From a virus (lineage: Duplodnaviria; Caudoviricetes), in IMG/VR virus record IMGVR_UViG_3300031992_000031, positions 1 through 64,000 of that record: DNA of 64,000 bases. One strand, given 5' to 3'. The notes under the pieces were generated by a model. It did no database searches. It was not told the DNA's origin and saw only the letters and a program-made list of their open reading frames with translations. Every line of letters begins with the position of its first letter. Positions within the stretch are counted from its first letter, which is position 1. The position numbers and the translations under genes are program-made. Positions 34,427 to 44,767 of this stretch are shown here, piece after piece.

Positions 34427-35257
34427 ATGATAGGTATTTATAAAATTACTAATAAATTAACTGGAAAAAGTTATATCGGACAAAGCGTACAAATTGAAAC
34501 TCGATGGTCGCAGCATAAATCAGTGAGTCGATCTTATGATACTTTAGATGGGAATGAATTACATAAGGATATATTAGAATTAGGTATTGATAATTTTTCA
34601 TTTGAGATTATAGAAGAGACAACTGCCGATAAATTAGATGAACGAGAAATATATTGGATTAAATATTATGATACTTTTTATAATGGTTATAATCATACAT
34701 TAGGCGGTAATGGTAATATAAGATTAAATTATAATAAAATACAAGAATTATGGAATCAAGGTTTAACTTCTAAAGAAATAGCTTCTTTGATAAATAGTTC
34801 TAGAGATACGGTTAATTATGCCTTAACTAATTTGGGCATTTCTACATTAGAAAAACGTATACGAAGTCAAGAATTAATTATGCAAGCATATGCCACGTAT
34901 AAAAGAAATGTATTAAAATTGGATATAGACACAAACGAAATAATTGAATCATTTGAGTCAGTTTCTGAAGCGGCAAAATCTTTAGGAGTTAATCGTGCTA
35001 CTTTTCGTGAAGGATTACAAAAACATAATAATAAATATAAGGGATATAAATGGATTATTAATATAGAAACTAAAAACACTCGTGATTTTTCAGCTAAAAA
35101 AGTAGCTAAATTAGATCCTGAAACAAAAGAACCTCTTGAATATTTTGAGTCTGCTAGTGCTGCTGCAAGAGCAATGAATCTTGCAGGAGCAACTCTAATT
35201 TGTAGAGCATGTAAAAACAATACCAAATCGAGAGGGTTCTATTGGAAATATATATAA
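34427..35257 (+). CDS. GIY-YIG homing endonuclease with NUMOD1/HTH repeats
   Basis: MIGIYKITN...SYIGQS; FESVSEAAK and FESASAAAR repeats. Confidence 0.9.
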   Translation: MIGIYKITNKLTGKSYIGQSVQIETRWSQHKSVSRSYDTLDGNELHKDILELGIDNFSFEIIEETTADKLDEREIYWIKYYDTFYNGYNHTLGGNGNIRLNYNKIQELWNQGLTSKEIASLINSSRDTVNYALTNLGISTLEKRIRSQELIMQAYATYKRNVLKLDIDTNEIIESFESVSEAAKSLGVNRATFREGLQKHNNKYKGYKWIINIETKNTRDFSAKKVAKLDPETKEPLEYFESASAAARAMNLAGATLICRACKNNTKSRGFYWKYI

Positions 35258-35267
35258 TAAGGAGAAA

Positions 35268-35813
35268 ATGTATATGAATGAACCAAGATTAAAAATTTTA
35301 CCTCCATGGGTTATCGTGATTAGGAAACTAGAAGCACTATTTGATGGCGATCCTCAGATTGCTTTCAATACTGATTTCTCTGGTGAGCATCCTTGTGTCG
35401 TACTGGCCTGCAACAATGGTGATAAAGTCGCCGCGTTGCAGAAGATTCTACCTTCTGAAGTTAACTTTGGTAATGTTACACTCGAAGTAATGGTAGATGG
35501 CGTGCCAAGCAATCGCGCATTTACAAGCAAGGTTGAACTATTTGATACTGCTTTTAGCGGCAATCCAGCTTATGCTAAGTCTGTTTGTCCTGCTGAAGAA
35601 GGCTATCAGTGGATTGGAACTACCTATGTAATATTCAAAAATTGCGTTGTACAGTTCGCAGCAGACAATCTAAACGATTGCCACGGCCTCATTAGTACCC
35701 TATATCAGACTATTGCTGAAGAACTCCTAACTGGTGAAGCAACTGATGGTGTTTTCTATAATACCGATGTAGAACGAGCGAATCTAGGCTACCCTCTTGG
35801 TGAGTGGCCATAA
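35268..35813 (+). CDS. Hypothetical protein
   Basis: AAGGAG RBS; 181 aa ORF. Confidence 0.75.
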   Translation: MYMNEPRLKILPPWVIVIRKLEALFDGDPQIAFNTDFSGEHPCVVLACNNGDKVAALQKILPSEVNFGNVTLEVMVDGVPSNRAFTSKVELFDTAFSGNPAYAKSVCPAEEGYQWIGTTYVIFKNCVVQFAADNLNDCHGLISTLYQTIAEELLTGEATDGVFYNTDVERANLGYPLGEWP

Positions 35814-35902
35814 GGAGGAAATACGAAAATGGCGCTTCTCATTCTCTGACTTATATGGGCTAGTGCCCCATATTTAAATAAGCGAGAGAAGAACTATTTA
35901 CT

Positions 35903-35964
35903 TAGACACAAGCAGCAACTTATTTCTTTATATTAAGCAAATGAAGTAGAAAAAGATGTGTCTA
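35903..35964 (+). ncRNA. CAGCAA stem element copy 3
   Basis: TAGACACA-AGCAGCAA...TGTGTCTA. Confidence 0.55.
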
Positions 35965-36074
35965 GCAACTAAATATTTGACATATAACAGAATTTCTGTT
36001 ATAATAAATATGTAAGAAGGACAGACCGACCTGCTTTAGCAGGAGGCACGAGGTGATGAGCTTCGGTTAACTTA

Positions 36075-36142
36075 TAGGCACATGCAGCAATCCTATGTTG
36101 TAAATATTACTTCTGTTTCAAGCTTTATTTAATCTGTGCCTA
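36075..36142 (+). ncRNA. CAGCAA stem element copy 4
   Basis: TAGGCACA-TGCAGCAA...TGTGCCTA. Confidence 0.55.
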
Positions 36143-36757
36143 GTAGTTTTGGTAGTATGCGCCGTTGTACCGCTCAGTGCCCGCACTGGTCGAGGTATTC
36201 TACCATATGAAACGGACTTCCCGCAGTAGGGTTATAATATACTGAGTGCTGGTCAGCGATGCGGAAAGCACTTAAAACACGGGCAGCTGACTTGCTGGTC
36301 ACAGAGGGTGTGTAGAAAGCAAGTAAAACACGGGTATGCCCAATGGGTCGTGTTTAATGAGCACCACCTTCGGATGTACACCGATCTCCAGTATGAGTAA
36401 AAACTACCGTTTGGGCTGCGTGAAACGCGCCGGGTCCACCGTGCGAATGCACAAGCACGCTCGTAAGTGCTGGGTTACGCTCCACCCGTGGGAAGTCCCC
36501 AAAGGAGGATGTACGAGAAATAGAGCTGCCGACGCCTCTACTGACGAGTATGCGTACCACGGGGCCACCGTATTCTTAAAACATTTCTTACGGTATATAA
36601 AGAAGAACTACTGACACATGGTTCGTGCCGCCAGGAAAACTTGACTTCTGCAGGAGTTGATAATAGCTAAGGGAAGTTATACGCTATTAAACCGCAAAGA
36701 GCACGCGGTATATAAAGAGAATGCTCTTGGCCGCAACTGCAAGGTGCGGCACTTTAT

Positions 36758-36841
36758 CCGGGTGTAGCCGAACGGCCCAGGCAACAGACTTAAAATCTGT
36801 CGGAGCGAAGCTCCTTGTGGGTTCGAATCCCACCACCCGGA
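36758..36841 (+). tRNA. tRNA-Leu(TAA)
   Basis: ACAGA-CTTAAAA-TCTGT; long variable arm. Confidence 0.85.
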
Positions 36842-36941
36842 CTTTCCATTAGGTGGAGCTTGAAACCTACCGCCTTTTGGCTATGATGTATTGGACGCCA
36901 TAGTTGGCGCCCTTATTTTAAAATAAAAAGGAGGAATTTTT

Positions 36942-37325
36942 ATGAAAAAACTAATCGCACTACTTATGACTCTAATGCTATGCTTTACTGCTATTCATGC
37001 CTTATCAGAAACAGTAGATAGTTCAGAGTTTAATCCTGGTATTACAATGACTCTACCGGATCCTGATTGGAAAGTAGAAATCCGTTGTGACCAAAATGGC
37101 CAAACATTACAGGTTGGTTCTAAAGTAACTCTTACTGCTGAAATCACTACAGCTCAGTCTGATTATTACAAACTATCTGATTATACTATATCTTATAATT
37201 GGCTAGCTAAAAAAACAGCTGATGACGATTGGGAATCTGTAGGCACTGGAGCAACCTATGAATTTAATCTAAATGCAGACAATGTAAACTGGATTTTTAA
37301 AGTTACTGTAACACTAAGCAAATAA
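36942..37325 (+). CDS. Secreted Ig-like domain protein
   Basis: Signal peptide MKKLIALL...; beta-rich. Confidence 0.7.
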   Translation: MKKLIALLMTLMLCFTAIHALSETVDSSEFNPGITMTLPDPDWKVEIRCDQNGQTLQVGSKVTLTAEITTAQSDYYKLSDYTISYNWLAKKTADDDWESVGTGATYEFNLNADNVNWIFKVTVTLSK

Positions 37326-37341
37326 TATGGGGTAATGTATT

Positions 37342-39480
37342 ATGAAAAAATTTCTAGCAATATTAACAGCACTATTAATACCATTTGCTAGTATTGCTGA
37401 GACAATTATAGAAAGTGATGAATACACTCCAGAAATATCAATAGATGATGGTGAGGTATACGTACCACATATTGCACCCGTAAATTTAAATAAAGTAGCC
37501 GTTTCTAAAACGGCTACTAATTTAAATGAAAATTATGAGTCTGATATAATGTTAAAAATACCCACCACCAATATTGATGTATATGATATTGTATTTGTAG
37601 TAGATGCTTCCTTATCTATAGATAATGCAGCAGATAGACTATTACAACAATATATGTCTGCAGCCGATACTAGAGATGATATTAATGTCGGAATAGTATA
37701 TTTTTATGGCAAGTCAAAAATTTATAGACAATTAGATGGTACTGTAATAGCCAAGAATCATCCTTCTCAATATACTCATCGTGGTACAAATTTGAATTCA
37801 GGTATCCTAACAGGCACTTATATGCTTGATCATCATGCCGGGGTGCCAGCCTCTAATAAGTATTTAATTATACTTAGCGATGGGGACACGCATGTATATC
37901 AAAAAAATAATCAATTTGGTTTGAATGGTACAAAAACAGAAGGAGAAACTGTAGTAGTCCAAGAATATAATGGCAACATAGTTGCCGGACCAGATACATA
38001 TCTTTTTAAGTATGGTACTTATGCTGCGCCCGCAGATTGGTATAATTATTTTATAGAGGTTGCAAAAGCTATAAATCGTGATAGCAACCTATATGAACAA
38101 ACGTGGGGATGGGATCCTCGTAATTATTATAATAATGCGACTAACTATATTACCGGTGATCTATCTACCCATGCTGTATCTTCAGATAAAGCATTATATT
38201 ATGCGATGCTTTCTTATGCCGCAGCACAACAGAAGGGATATAATTGCTATGCAGTATATGTAGATAGCGGCGACTTCTCTTATAGAACAAGCCAGTATGC
38301 ACAGTCTTTTATGAACTATTTAAATTGCGGCCGCAGCTTCTCATTAGATAACATTGGTAAAGAAATTTCCTATGTTACTACTGGAAGCTATGTAATGGAT
38401 TACATGGGTTCTGGAATTGATAATTTGGGTAATGAGTATGATATGGACTTCATTCCAGATGCAAGTAGAATGTATGTAATTTGGAATGGACAGCGGATAA
38501 ATGCCACAACTAATGATAATATCACATTCTGTTTTGGTGATTTATTTACATTAGTATATAATGACAATGAAGAAAACGATTATTTCAAATGGATTATTAA
38601 TACTAATCTGCTATTATGCGATTCTGTTGAATTACATTATAGTATTAGATTGAGTAATCCACAAACTGTTGCTGGTGAATATGGCACATATGATTTTGAT
38701 GGAACGCAAGGCGGCATTCCGCTTCTAACAAATACAACTGCGACTTTATATACTCCAGATGATACAAAGATTCAAGATTTCCCGCTACCAGCAGTTGAAT
38801 ATTCAGTAACTCCTACTCCATCACCCACTCCTACAGTGACACCTACGCCCACCACTACACCAACTCCAAGTCCAACCCCTGAGGTAACTAATACACCTTC
38901 TCCTACCGCAACTGCTACACCAGAAATTACAAATACTCCGTCACCCACTCCTACTGCTACACCAGTAGTAACGGAGACGCCAAGCCCAAGTCCGACTCCA
39001 GGGCCCAGTCCAAGCCCAACTCCTAGAATAACAGCTACACCAGAACCTAGTCCCACTCCTGTCCCAATGATTACTTTACATCTAAATAAAATTTGGGATG
39101 ATGAAGGAGCAATAGATTCTCGACCAAATCACATTTATGTTAAATTATTCGCTAATGATGTATTTATACAAACATTTAAACTTACAGCTGAAGAAGATTG
39201 GGAAATAAGTACAAATGTAAGACAATATAATGATGATGGACAAGAAATACATTATAGTTGGAAAGAAGCAGAAATTATGGGATATAGACTTGAAGAGATA
39301 CAAACTAACGGTTTAACTACCACATTAATAAATAAACTATATAGTCCTCCGACAGTCCCAGAGGGACAAAGACAGCCGCGTATTCCAAGAAATCGCATGA
39401 CAACGCTTAATATTGATGAATATGATACTGCTTTGGGCTTAGAAGGTATTATTAATCATGTAGGAGACTGCTTCGATTAA
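37342..39480 (+). CDS. Secreted/surface vWA + Pro-Thr linker + Cna-B domain protein
   Basis: Signal peptide; VVDASLS MIDAS and IILSDG; (PT)n linker; KIWDD...RP..I.VKL...W...YSWKE. Confidence 0.8.
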   Translation: MKKFLAILTALLIPFASIAETIIESDEYTPEISIDDGEVYVPHIAPVNLNKVAVSKTATNLNENYESDIMLKIPTTNIDVYDIVFVVDASLSIDNAADRLLQQYMSAADTRDDINVGIVYFYGKSKIYRQLDGTVIAKNHPSQYTHRGTNLNSGILTGTYMLDHHAGVPASNKYLIILSDGDTHVYQKNNQFGLNGTKTEGETVVVQEYNGNIVAGPDTYLFKYGTYAAPADWYNYFIEVAKAINRDSNLYEQTWGWDPRNYYNNATNYITGDLSTHAVSSDKALYYAMLSYAAAQQKGYNCYAVYVDSGDFSYRTSQYAQSFMNYLNCGRSFSLDNIGKEISYVTTGSYVMDYMGSGIDNLGNEYDMDFIPDASRMYVIWNGQRINATTNDNITFCFGDLFTLVYNDNEENDYFKWIINTNLLLCDSVELHYSIRLSNPQTVAGEYGTYDFDGTQGGIPLLTNTTATLYTPDDTKIQDFPLPAVEYSVTPTPSPTPTVTPTPTTTPTPSPTPEVTNTPSPTATATPEITNTPSPTPTATPVVTETPSPSPTPGPSPSPTPRITATPEPSPTPVPMITLHLNKIWDDEGAIDSRPNHIYVKLFANDVFIQTFKLTAEEDWEISTNVRQYNDDGQEIHYSWKEAEIMGYRLEEIQTNGLTTTLINKLYSPPTVPEGQRQPRIPRNRMTTLNIDEYDTALGLEGIINHVGDCFD

Positions 39481-39738
39481 GAGGTGAAAATAATGGATAT
39501 TATTTTTGATACTCTCACTAATACAGGATGGGGCGCCGCGATTGTTGGCGTCTTCATCCTTATTGCTATTTTAATTGAATTTTTTAGCAATAAACCACAA
39601 ATTTAATATTTGACTTATAATAAAAATTCTGTTATAATTTTATTGTACCGAGGGAAAAGGATAAATCCTGACGGGGACATTGTGAAATGACAATAAACGG
39701 TATGCGCGGAACACCATCGCGCCCTTTCCCTCAACTAT

Positions 39739-39809
39739 GCCTCTATCGTACAACGGAAGTACTATTGCTTCGTAAGCAATGTATGGCGGTTCGAATCCGT
39801 CTGGAGGCT
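39739..39809 (+). tRNA. tRNA-Thr(CGT)
   Basis: ATTGC-TTCGTAA-GCAAT. Confidence 0.8.
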
Positions 39810-40138
39810 CTATACCAACGGACAAGGCTTTGGCGCATGACTACTTGGCGAATGTAGAAGATAATCATGAGGAGCAGGCGGAAGTACGAATAGAAGGCCG
39901 CGATGGATGCCACAAATGTGGGTAAGGGTAGGCGGTATGGTCTGAAATATTAGCCATACAGTAATGATTATCGTTATACTACTAAGCAAGTAGAACAGGG
40001 CGGTAGGACGCGAGTGGTTGGTATTTTAGCTAAGCCTGTTGTCGCGTTATAATACAGGTGGCACTCGTGAACGTGACGAGTAAAGTTATATGTCGCTCAT
40101 ATATGCCATGATTACGCACGGGTCGCGCCCGTATTTAT

Positions 40139-40211
40139 ACGCCGTTAGTCTAACTGGACAAAACGATAGGTTACGGCCCTGTTGATGCGGGTTCGAGTCC
40201 TGCACGGCGTA
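40139..40211 (+). tRNA. tRNA-Arg(ACG)
   Basis: ACGCCGT/ACGGCGT; loop TTACGGC. Confidence 0.75.
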
Positions 40212-40217
40212 CTTTAT

Positions 40218-40290
40218 GCCGCGGTAGTTCAGCTGATAGAACGAGTGATTAGTAATCACTAGGTCGAGGGTTTGAGTCCCTCTCGCGGCT
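40218..40290 (+). tRNA. tRNA-Thr(AGT)
   Basis: AGTGA-TTAGTAA-TCACT. Confidence 0.75.
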
Positions 40291-40295
40291 CTCAT

Positions 40296-40620
40296 GGGGC
40301 TGAAATAGTATCGACAGGTATATGAAGTATTAAGGACACGGGTAGGCGGCGCACCTTACGCAGCAACCTAAAAGAAACGACGAATTTGATTTCGCACTAG
40401 CTGCTTAATTCACGCGGCTGCTTAAACGGCGAACCTAGCAATCGGTAATCGCCTGCGGCTCAGAGAAAGATTGCCGTTAGCACCAGTCTATTGCTCTCTG
40501 GCGAAACAAAGAGCATATTTGGTTTCAAGTTTGCTAGTTTCTCAAACTAGCTATCGTGTAAGTATTTCTTAATATGAATTATAGGCTGGACACGAGGGGC
40601 AGAACTCGTCAGCTCCACCA
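40296..40620 (+). ncRNA. ssrA: tmRNA
   Basis: GGGGCTG...TCGAC start, CAGCTCC-ACCA end with G3:U; internal tag ORF ...RNDEFDFALAA*. Confidence 0.9.
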
Positions 40621-40726
40621 AATCCCATAATAGCCAGGATAGAGTGGACCTATGGACGCCCTTTAAAGTTGTTCGCGGTAGTGAGAATAACCTTCGCCGT
40701 GGCGAAGTAAAAGAGCCACGGAATAT

Positions 40727-40799
40727 GCTCCATTAGCTCAGTAGGTAGAGCACAGCACTTTTAATGCTGGTGTCCGGAGTCCGACTCTCCGATGGGGCA
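40727..40799 (+). tRNA. tRNA-Lys(TTT)
   Basis: CAGCA-CTTTTAA-TGCTG. Confidence 0.8.
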
Positions 40800-40863
40800 C
40801 TAATATTTGACTTTTAATATAAATTATATTATAATTTATATGTAGAAAGGAAGGAAGGAAGTT

Positions 40864-41046
40864 ATGAAACATACAATTTGCCCCTACTGCGGTAAAACCA
40901 ATATTGATTCAGATTCTTCTTACCGATTTAAATGCTCTTTTTGTAAAGAATGGCTAATTGATTTAGACAAAGATCATCATAGACCCGAAATATATTTTAA
41001 AGAAAGGAACGAGAATAATGATTGTATCGGCAGCAGTAAAAATTAA
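40864..41046 (+). CDS. Small zinc-ribbon protein
   Basis: CPYCG...CSFC. Confidence 0.55.
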   Translation: MKHTICPYCGKTNIDSDSSYRFKCSFCKEWLIDLDKDHHRPEIYFKERNENNDCIGSSKN

Positions 41047-41284
41047 AGACTTGCGGCAAGATAAAGAAATAATTTTACCGTGTATGCGACATTGCGATAT
41101 ATCTTTTATATTACATGAACTTAATTATAAATTAAATATTGATTATAAAATTATTGAACAAGGTTTTTTAGATGAAAATGAGACATTTTATAATCGTATT
41201 AATGCTTATGAACACGCATGGCGGCATAATCAACTTAATGAAGAATATAATATACGAGAATTATTTTCTGAAGATTTGTGGTAA
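41018..41284 (+). CDS. Hypothetical phage protein
   Basis: RH...EQGFL...F..R..A...LFSEDLW pattern. Confidence 0.7.
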   Translation: MIVSAAVKIKDLRQDKEIILPCMRHCDISFILHELNYKLNIDYKIIEQGFLDENETFYNRINAYEHAWRHNQLNEEYNIRELFSEDLW

Positions 41285-41293
41285 GGTGATGGT

Positions 41294-42193
41294 ATGAAAG
41301 ATTTAACTGGACAACGTTTTGGGCATTTAACTGTATTACGAAAATACGGACACAAAGGTGGAAGAGTTTGTTGGGAATGTTTATGTGACTGTGGTAATTT
41401 ACATTATGTAATTACCTGTAATTTAACTACGGGTCATACGACTCGTTGTTCTAAATGTTCTAATTCTGTTGTTGATTTAACTGGGCAAGTATTTGGACAA
41501 CTAACAGTTATTGATCAAAATAAAACCTATCGTAAAGAAAATAATATTAAAGGTTATCATGCTTATTGGAATTGTCTATGTAGTTGTGGTAATACCACAA
41601 TTGCAAAAGGCACTGATTTGAGTAGTGGAAAAACAACGCAATGTAAACAATGTGCTGGTAATCAGTTAATTGATGAAACTGGAAATAGATATGGTTATTT
41701 AACTATATTAAATTATTTACGGACAGAAAATCATCAAATAATTTGGCTAGCACAATGTGATTGCGGAAATCAATGTGAAGTTAGAATTAATGATCTACGT
41801 CGTGGAAGAGCAAAATTATCTTGTGGATGTAAATCCATACGTTCGAAAGGTGAATTAGAAATTGAAGAATTACTAAAACAAAATAAAATTAATTATCAAG
41901 CACAATATGTATTTGATAATTTAGTTGGGCAACGTAATCGTAGATTACCATATGATTTTGCAATTTTAACACTAGATAATCAAGTTCAACGTTTAATTGA
42001 ATTTGATGGACAACAACATAATATTAGTGTAAATTATTTTGGTGGAGATAAAGTATTAAATCGTAGAAAAGAATTAGATAAAATAAAAAATAATTATGCT
42101 AAAGAACATCATATACCATTAATTCGTATTCCATATGATAAATTAAGTAAAATTACAATTGAAATGTTACTTGGCGATGAATATTTGATATAA
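41294..42193 (+). CDS. Putative homing endonuclease: CxCG repeats + PD-(D/E)XK domain
   Basis: Three DLTGQ.FG.LTV...W.C.C.CG repeats; YDF...LIEFDGQQH...LIRIPY. Confidence 0.8.
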   Translation: MKDLTGQRFGHLTVLRKYGHKGGRVCWECLCDCGNLHYVITCNLTTGHTTRCSKCSNSVVDLTGQVFGQLTVIDQNKTYRKENNIKGYHAYWNCLCSCGNTTIAKGTDLSSGKTTQCKQCAGNQLIDETGNRYGYLTILNYLRTENHQIIWLAQCDCGNQCEVRINDLRRGRAKLSCGCKSIRSKGELEIEELLKQNKINYQAQYVFDNLVGQRNRRLPYDFAILTLDNQVQRLIEFDGQQHNISVNYFGGDKVLNRRKELDKIKNNYAKEHHIPLIRIPYDKLSKITIEMLLGDEYLI

Positions 42194-42209
42194 GTGATGG
42201 TTTATATTA

Positions 42210-42416
42210 ATGAGAAATCCGAATCGTATTAAACCTTATTGCGATGCTCTTGCCACTTTATGGCAAATTGTGCCAGACCTTCGTTTATCTCAGCTTATGT
42301 ATACTCTAATGAATGCTTGGGAAGTAAGACGTGGTTCAAGCGCATTTTACGCGGAAGATGAAGAATTTCTTGCTTTTGCATTGGAATATTTAAATGAAAT
42401 TACAGAATCCACCTGA
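42210..42416 (+). CDS. Hypothetical protein (DUF1040-like)
   Basis: MRNPNRI...W...PDLRLSQL. Confidence 0.65.
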   Translation: MRNPNRIKPYCDALATLWQIVPDLRLSQLMYTLMNAWEVRRGSSAFYAEDEEFLAFALEYLNEITEST

Positions 42417-42608
42417 CATGGCTGTGACTACAAGGCGCGGAAGGATGGCGGCAATCTCTTGCCCAAGCAAGTTGAAACGATATACACCCTTGGGATGAAA
42501 ACTCAATATAGAGTAGAGTGAGATATAACGTGAGTTTAGAACTATAGAAAATGTAGTCGGTCTCCCTGTGGCCCGTTACGCAGTAAATTGGCACAGGGGA
42601 AGCTTCAT

Positions 42609-42689
42609 CGGGATGTAGCTCAGTTGGTTTAGAGCGCCTGTATGATAAACAGGAGGTTTTCGGTAGTTCGAATCTACCCATCCCGACCA
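42609..42689 (+). tRNA. tRNA-Ile(GAT)
   Basis: CCTGT-ATGATAA-ACAGG; encoded CCA. Confidence 0.8.
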
Positions 42690-42779
42690 CCGGGGCGGGA
42701 AGCTCAAAGATGCGTGGGTGGCCAACACGGTCATGAGAGTAAAATCCAGCGCAAGTAACCCGTAGGATCCCCGGACCAT

Positions 42780-42851
42780 AGGGGAATAGTGACAATGGTA
42801 GAACAAGGGTCTCCAAAACCTTAGATCTAGGTTCGAATCCTAGTTCCCCTG
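42780..42851 (+). tRNA. tRNA-Trp(CCA)
   Basis: AGGGT-CTCCAAA-ACCTT. Confidence 0.8.
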
Positions 42852-42969
42852 CAACTTGTTGTTTCGCGAACAACCCAGTGGATGGATTTGACGCATCCCG
42901 TGTCACTACTGCGAGAGGATTACGCCTCTGTTTACAAGCGGACCAAAATCCATGAAGGTGACACACTAT

Positions 42970-43040
42970 GGGGCTATAGTTTATTAGTAGAATAGTTGGT
43001 TTGCACCCAGCAGAGGACGGAGCGTTACCGTCTAGCTCCA
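42970..43040 (+). tRNA. tRNA-Ala(TGC)
   Basis: G3:U70 acceptor; loop TTTGCAC; atypical T loop. Confidence 0.75.
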
Positions 43041-43047
43041 CATTATA

Positions 43048-43119
43048 GGTTCCAACACTCGTCGGTCGGGTACGGGTCTGCAAAATCCGCGTTAGTGAGT
43101 TCGACTCTCACTGGAACCT
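43048..43119 (+). tRNA. tRNA-Cys(GCA)
   Basis: CGGGT-CTGCAAA-ATCCG; U73. Confidence 0.75.
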
Positions 43120-43136
43120 CATTAGGAGTGACATAA

Positions 43137-43451
43137 ATGATAGGAAATTATAAAGTAATAACATTATGTGGGAGTACTCGATTTAAGGAGGACTTTGAAC
43201 GTGTCAACCGCGAACTTACCCTGGCAGGTAATATTGTTATATCCGTTGGCTGTTTTGGTCACGCTGGCGATACTTTCACGGAAGAACAGAAAGTAATGCT
43301 TGATGACATTCATAAAAGAAAAATTGATATGGCAGATGCTATTTATGTAATCAATAAAGATGGATATGTTGGTTCAAGTACAAGATGTGAAATTGGGTAT
43401 GCAATTAAACACGGAAAACAAATTATATTTATGGAAGATGATTTAATGTGA
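43137..43451 (+). CDS. Nucleoside 2-deoxyribosyltransferase-like (DUF4406-like) protein
   Basis: ITLCGSTRF...HKRKIDMADAIYV...GYVGSST..EI.YA. Confidence 0.65.
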   Translation: MIGNYKVITLCGSTRFKEDFERVNRELTLAGNIVISVGCFGHAGDTFTEEQKVMLDDIHKRKIDMADAIYVINKDGYVGSSTRCEIGYAIKHGKQIIFMEDDLM

Positions 43452-43696
43452 GAAAGGGACGCGGTATAGACCATAATTGGGATATTCGTAAGTATAAAGG
43501 TGATTTGGCTTTATACGCCCATTGTTCTTGTGGATTTCAATATGCTTGTTCTTCTAATAAAAGAAAAGAAGATGGTTCTTTTAGTTTTGAACAAGAAATT
43601 ACCAATCTATATCATTATTGTCCAAACTGTGGCTCTCATAAATTATAGTATAATGAAGAGCCAAGAAAAATGGATGCTATTTTCCCTTGGGATTAA
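43448..43696 (+). CDS. Zinc-ribbon protein; TAG=Gln
   Basis: CSCG...YCPNCG; extends through TAG to TAA. Confidence 0.55.
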
Positions 43697-43774
43697 TGAT
43701 AGCTAAACCGGACAAGCGCCGGTACCGCTTCGAAAGCGATAGGTAAGATTTAATGTAATTGGGAGGAAAAAATA

Positions 43775-44551
43775 TTGAATTATACATATGTTACTTTATT
43801 AAGTTCTGTTGATTATTTACCAGGCATATTAGCATTAAATGATAATTTAAAAAATATAGGATGCAAATATCCATTACATATAATGGTTACAAATAATGTT
43901 ATTGTCCACATTAGTAAATATCTTATTAAAGAGAAAATTCCTTTTACTATTGTTCCAAAGATTACCTACTCCCCAGAGACAATTGCAGCAATGAATAATG
44001 CAAGATTAGAAACAATCGCATCAAAAATTAATGTATTTAGACTGGAAGAATTAGAAAAAGTAGTATATTTAGATACTGATAGTTATTTTATTAAACCAAT
44101 AGATGAACTATTTAATTATCCAGATGGAGCACTCTATGATTGTGGAGAACCACGGGGATTTTGTGGACTATTTACATGTATCCCTAGAATGCATCCTTTA
44201 GATTATTATATTTCACTATTAAAGCATAATCATATGTGGGAAAGCGATTTAATTGAAGAATTATGGTTTCCTTTTAAATCTAATCCCGACTATCGTATTC
44301 CGTATTCATATTTTGTAAATACTAAAGTTCAGGATTTTAATACACTTTTACCTATTGAAGAAAAGGTACATGGATTTCATTTTTGTGGTGAATTAAAACC
44401 GTGGAAATTTAAAAATCCCTATGATTATATTACGGCATTTCATAAAGAATGGCCTTTTCCTAATGAAAATAGGAACAAAATAATTAAAGATTATTATTAT
44501 CAATATATACAACCAATTAAAGATAAATATCCTGAGATTTTTACATATTAA
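43775..44551 (+). CDS. Glycosyltransferase family 8 (glycogenin-like)
   Basis: YVTLL...YLPG...KVVYLDTD...IDELF...HFCGELKPW. Confidence 0.8.
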   Translation: MNYTYVTLLSSVDYLPGILALNDNLKNIGCKYPLHIMVTNNVIVHISKYLIKEKIPFTIVPKITYSPETIAAMNNARLETIASKINVFRLEELEKVVYLDTDSYFIKPIDELFNYPDGALYDCGEPRGFCGLFTCIPRMHPLDYYISLLKHNHMWESDLIEELWFPFKSNPDYRIPYSYFVNTKVQDFNTLLPIEEKVHGFHFCGELKPWKFKNPYDYITAFHKEWPFPNENRNKIIKDYYYQYIQPIKDKYPEIFTY

Positions 44552-44555
44552 TAAT

Positions 44556-44584
44556 TTGACAAAATTTCAAATTTATATTATAAT
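44556..44584 (+). promoter_or_regulatory. Sigma-A promoter
   Basis: TTGACA-17-TATAAT. Confidence 0.75.
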
Positions 44585-44689
44585 TATATTGTAAAAAGGA
44601 GATAAGATATACATAAAGGGCAATTTGATAAAATTTGTTGCAAAAAATTAAGAAGTAAAATCTCCTTTCTCGCGGCGCAAGCCGCATAT

Positions 44690-44763
44690 CTGGGTGTAGC
44701 GCAGTTTGGTAGCGTACTAGATTTGGGATCTAGGGGTCGAGAGTTCAAATCTCTCCACCCAGA
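44690..44763 (+). tRNA. tRNA-Pro(TGG)
   Basis: CTAGA-TTTGGGA-TCTAG. Confidence 0.85.
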
Positions 44764-44767
44764 CTTA

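Noticed and set aside
31022-36750. RNase P RNA
   Set aside because: Conserved GAGGAAAGTCC and 3' P4 motifs not found by eye
43700-43745. tRNA-Ser(CGA)-like fragment
   Set aside because: Only D-like and anticodon arms (CGC-TTCGAAA-GCG); no T arm or acceptor partner
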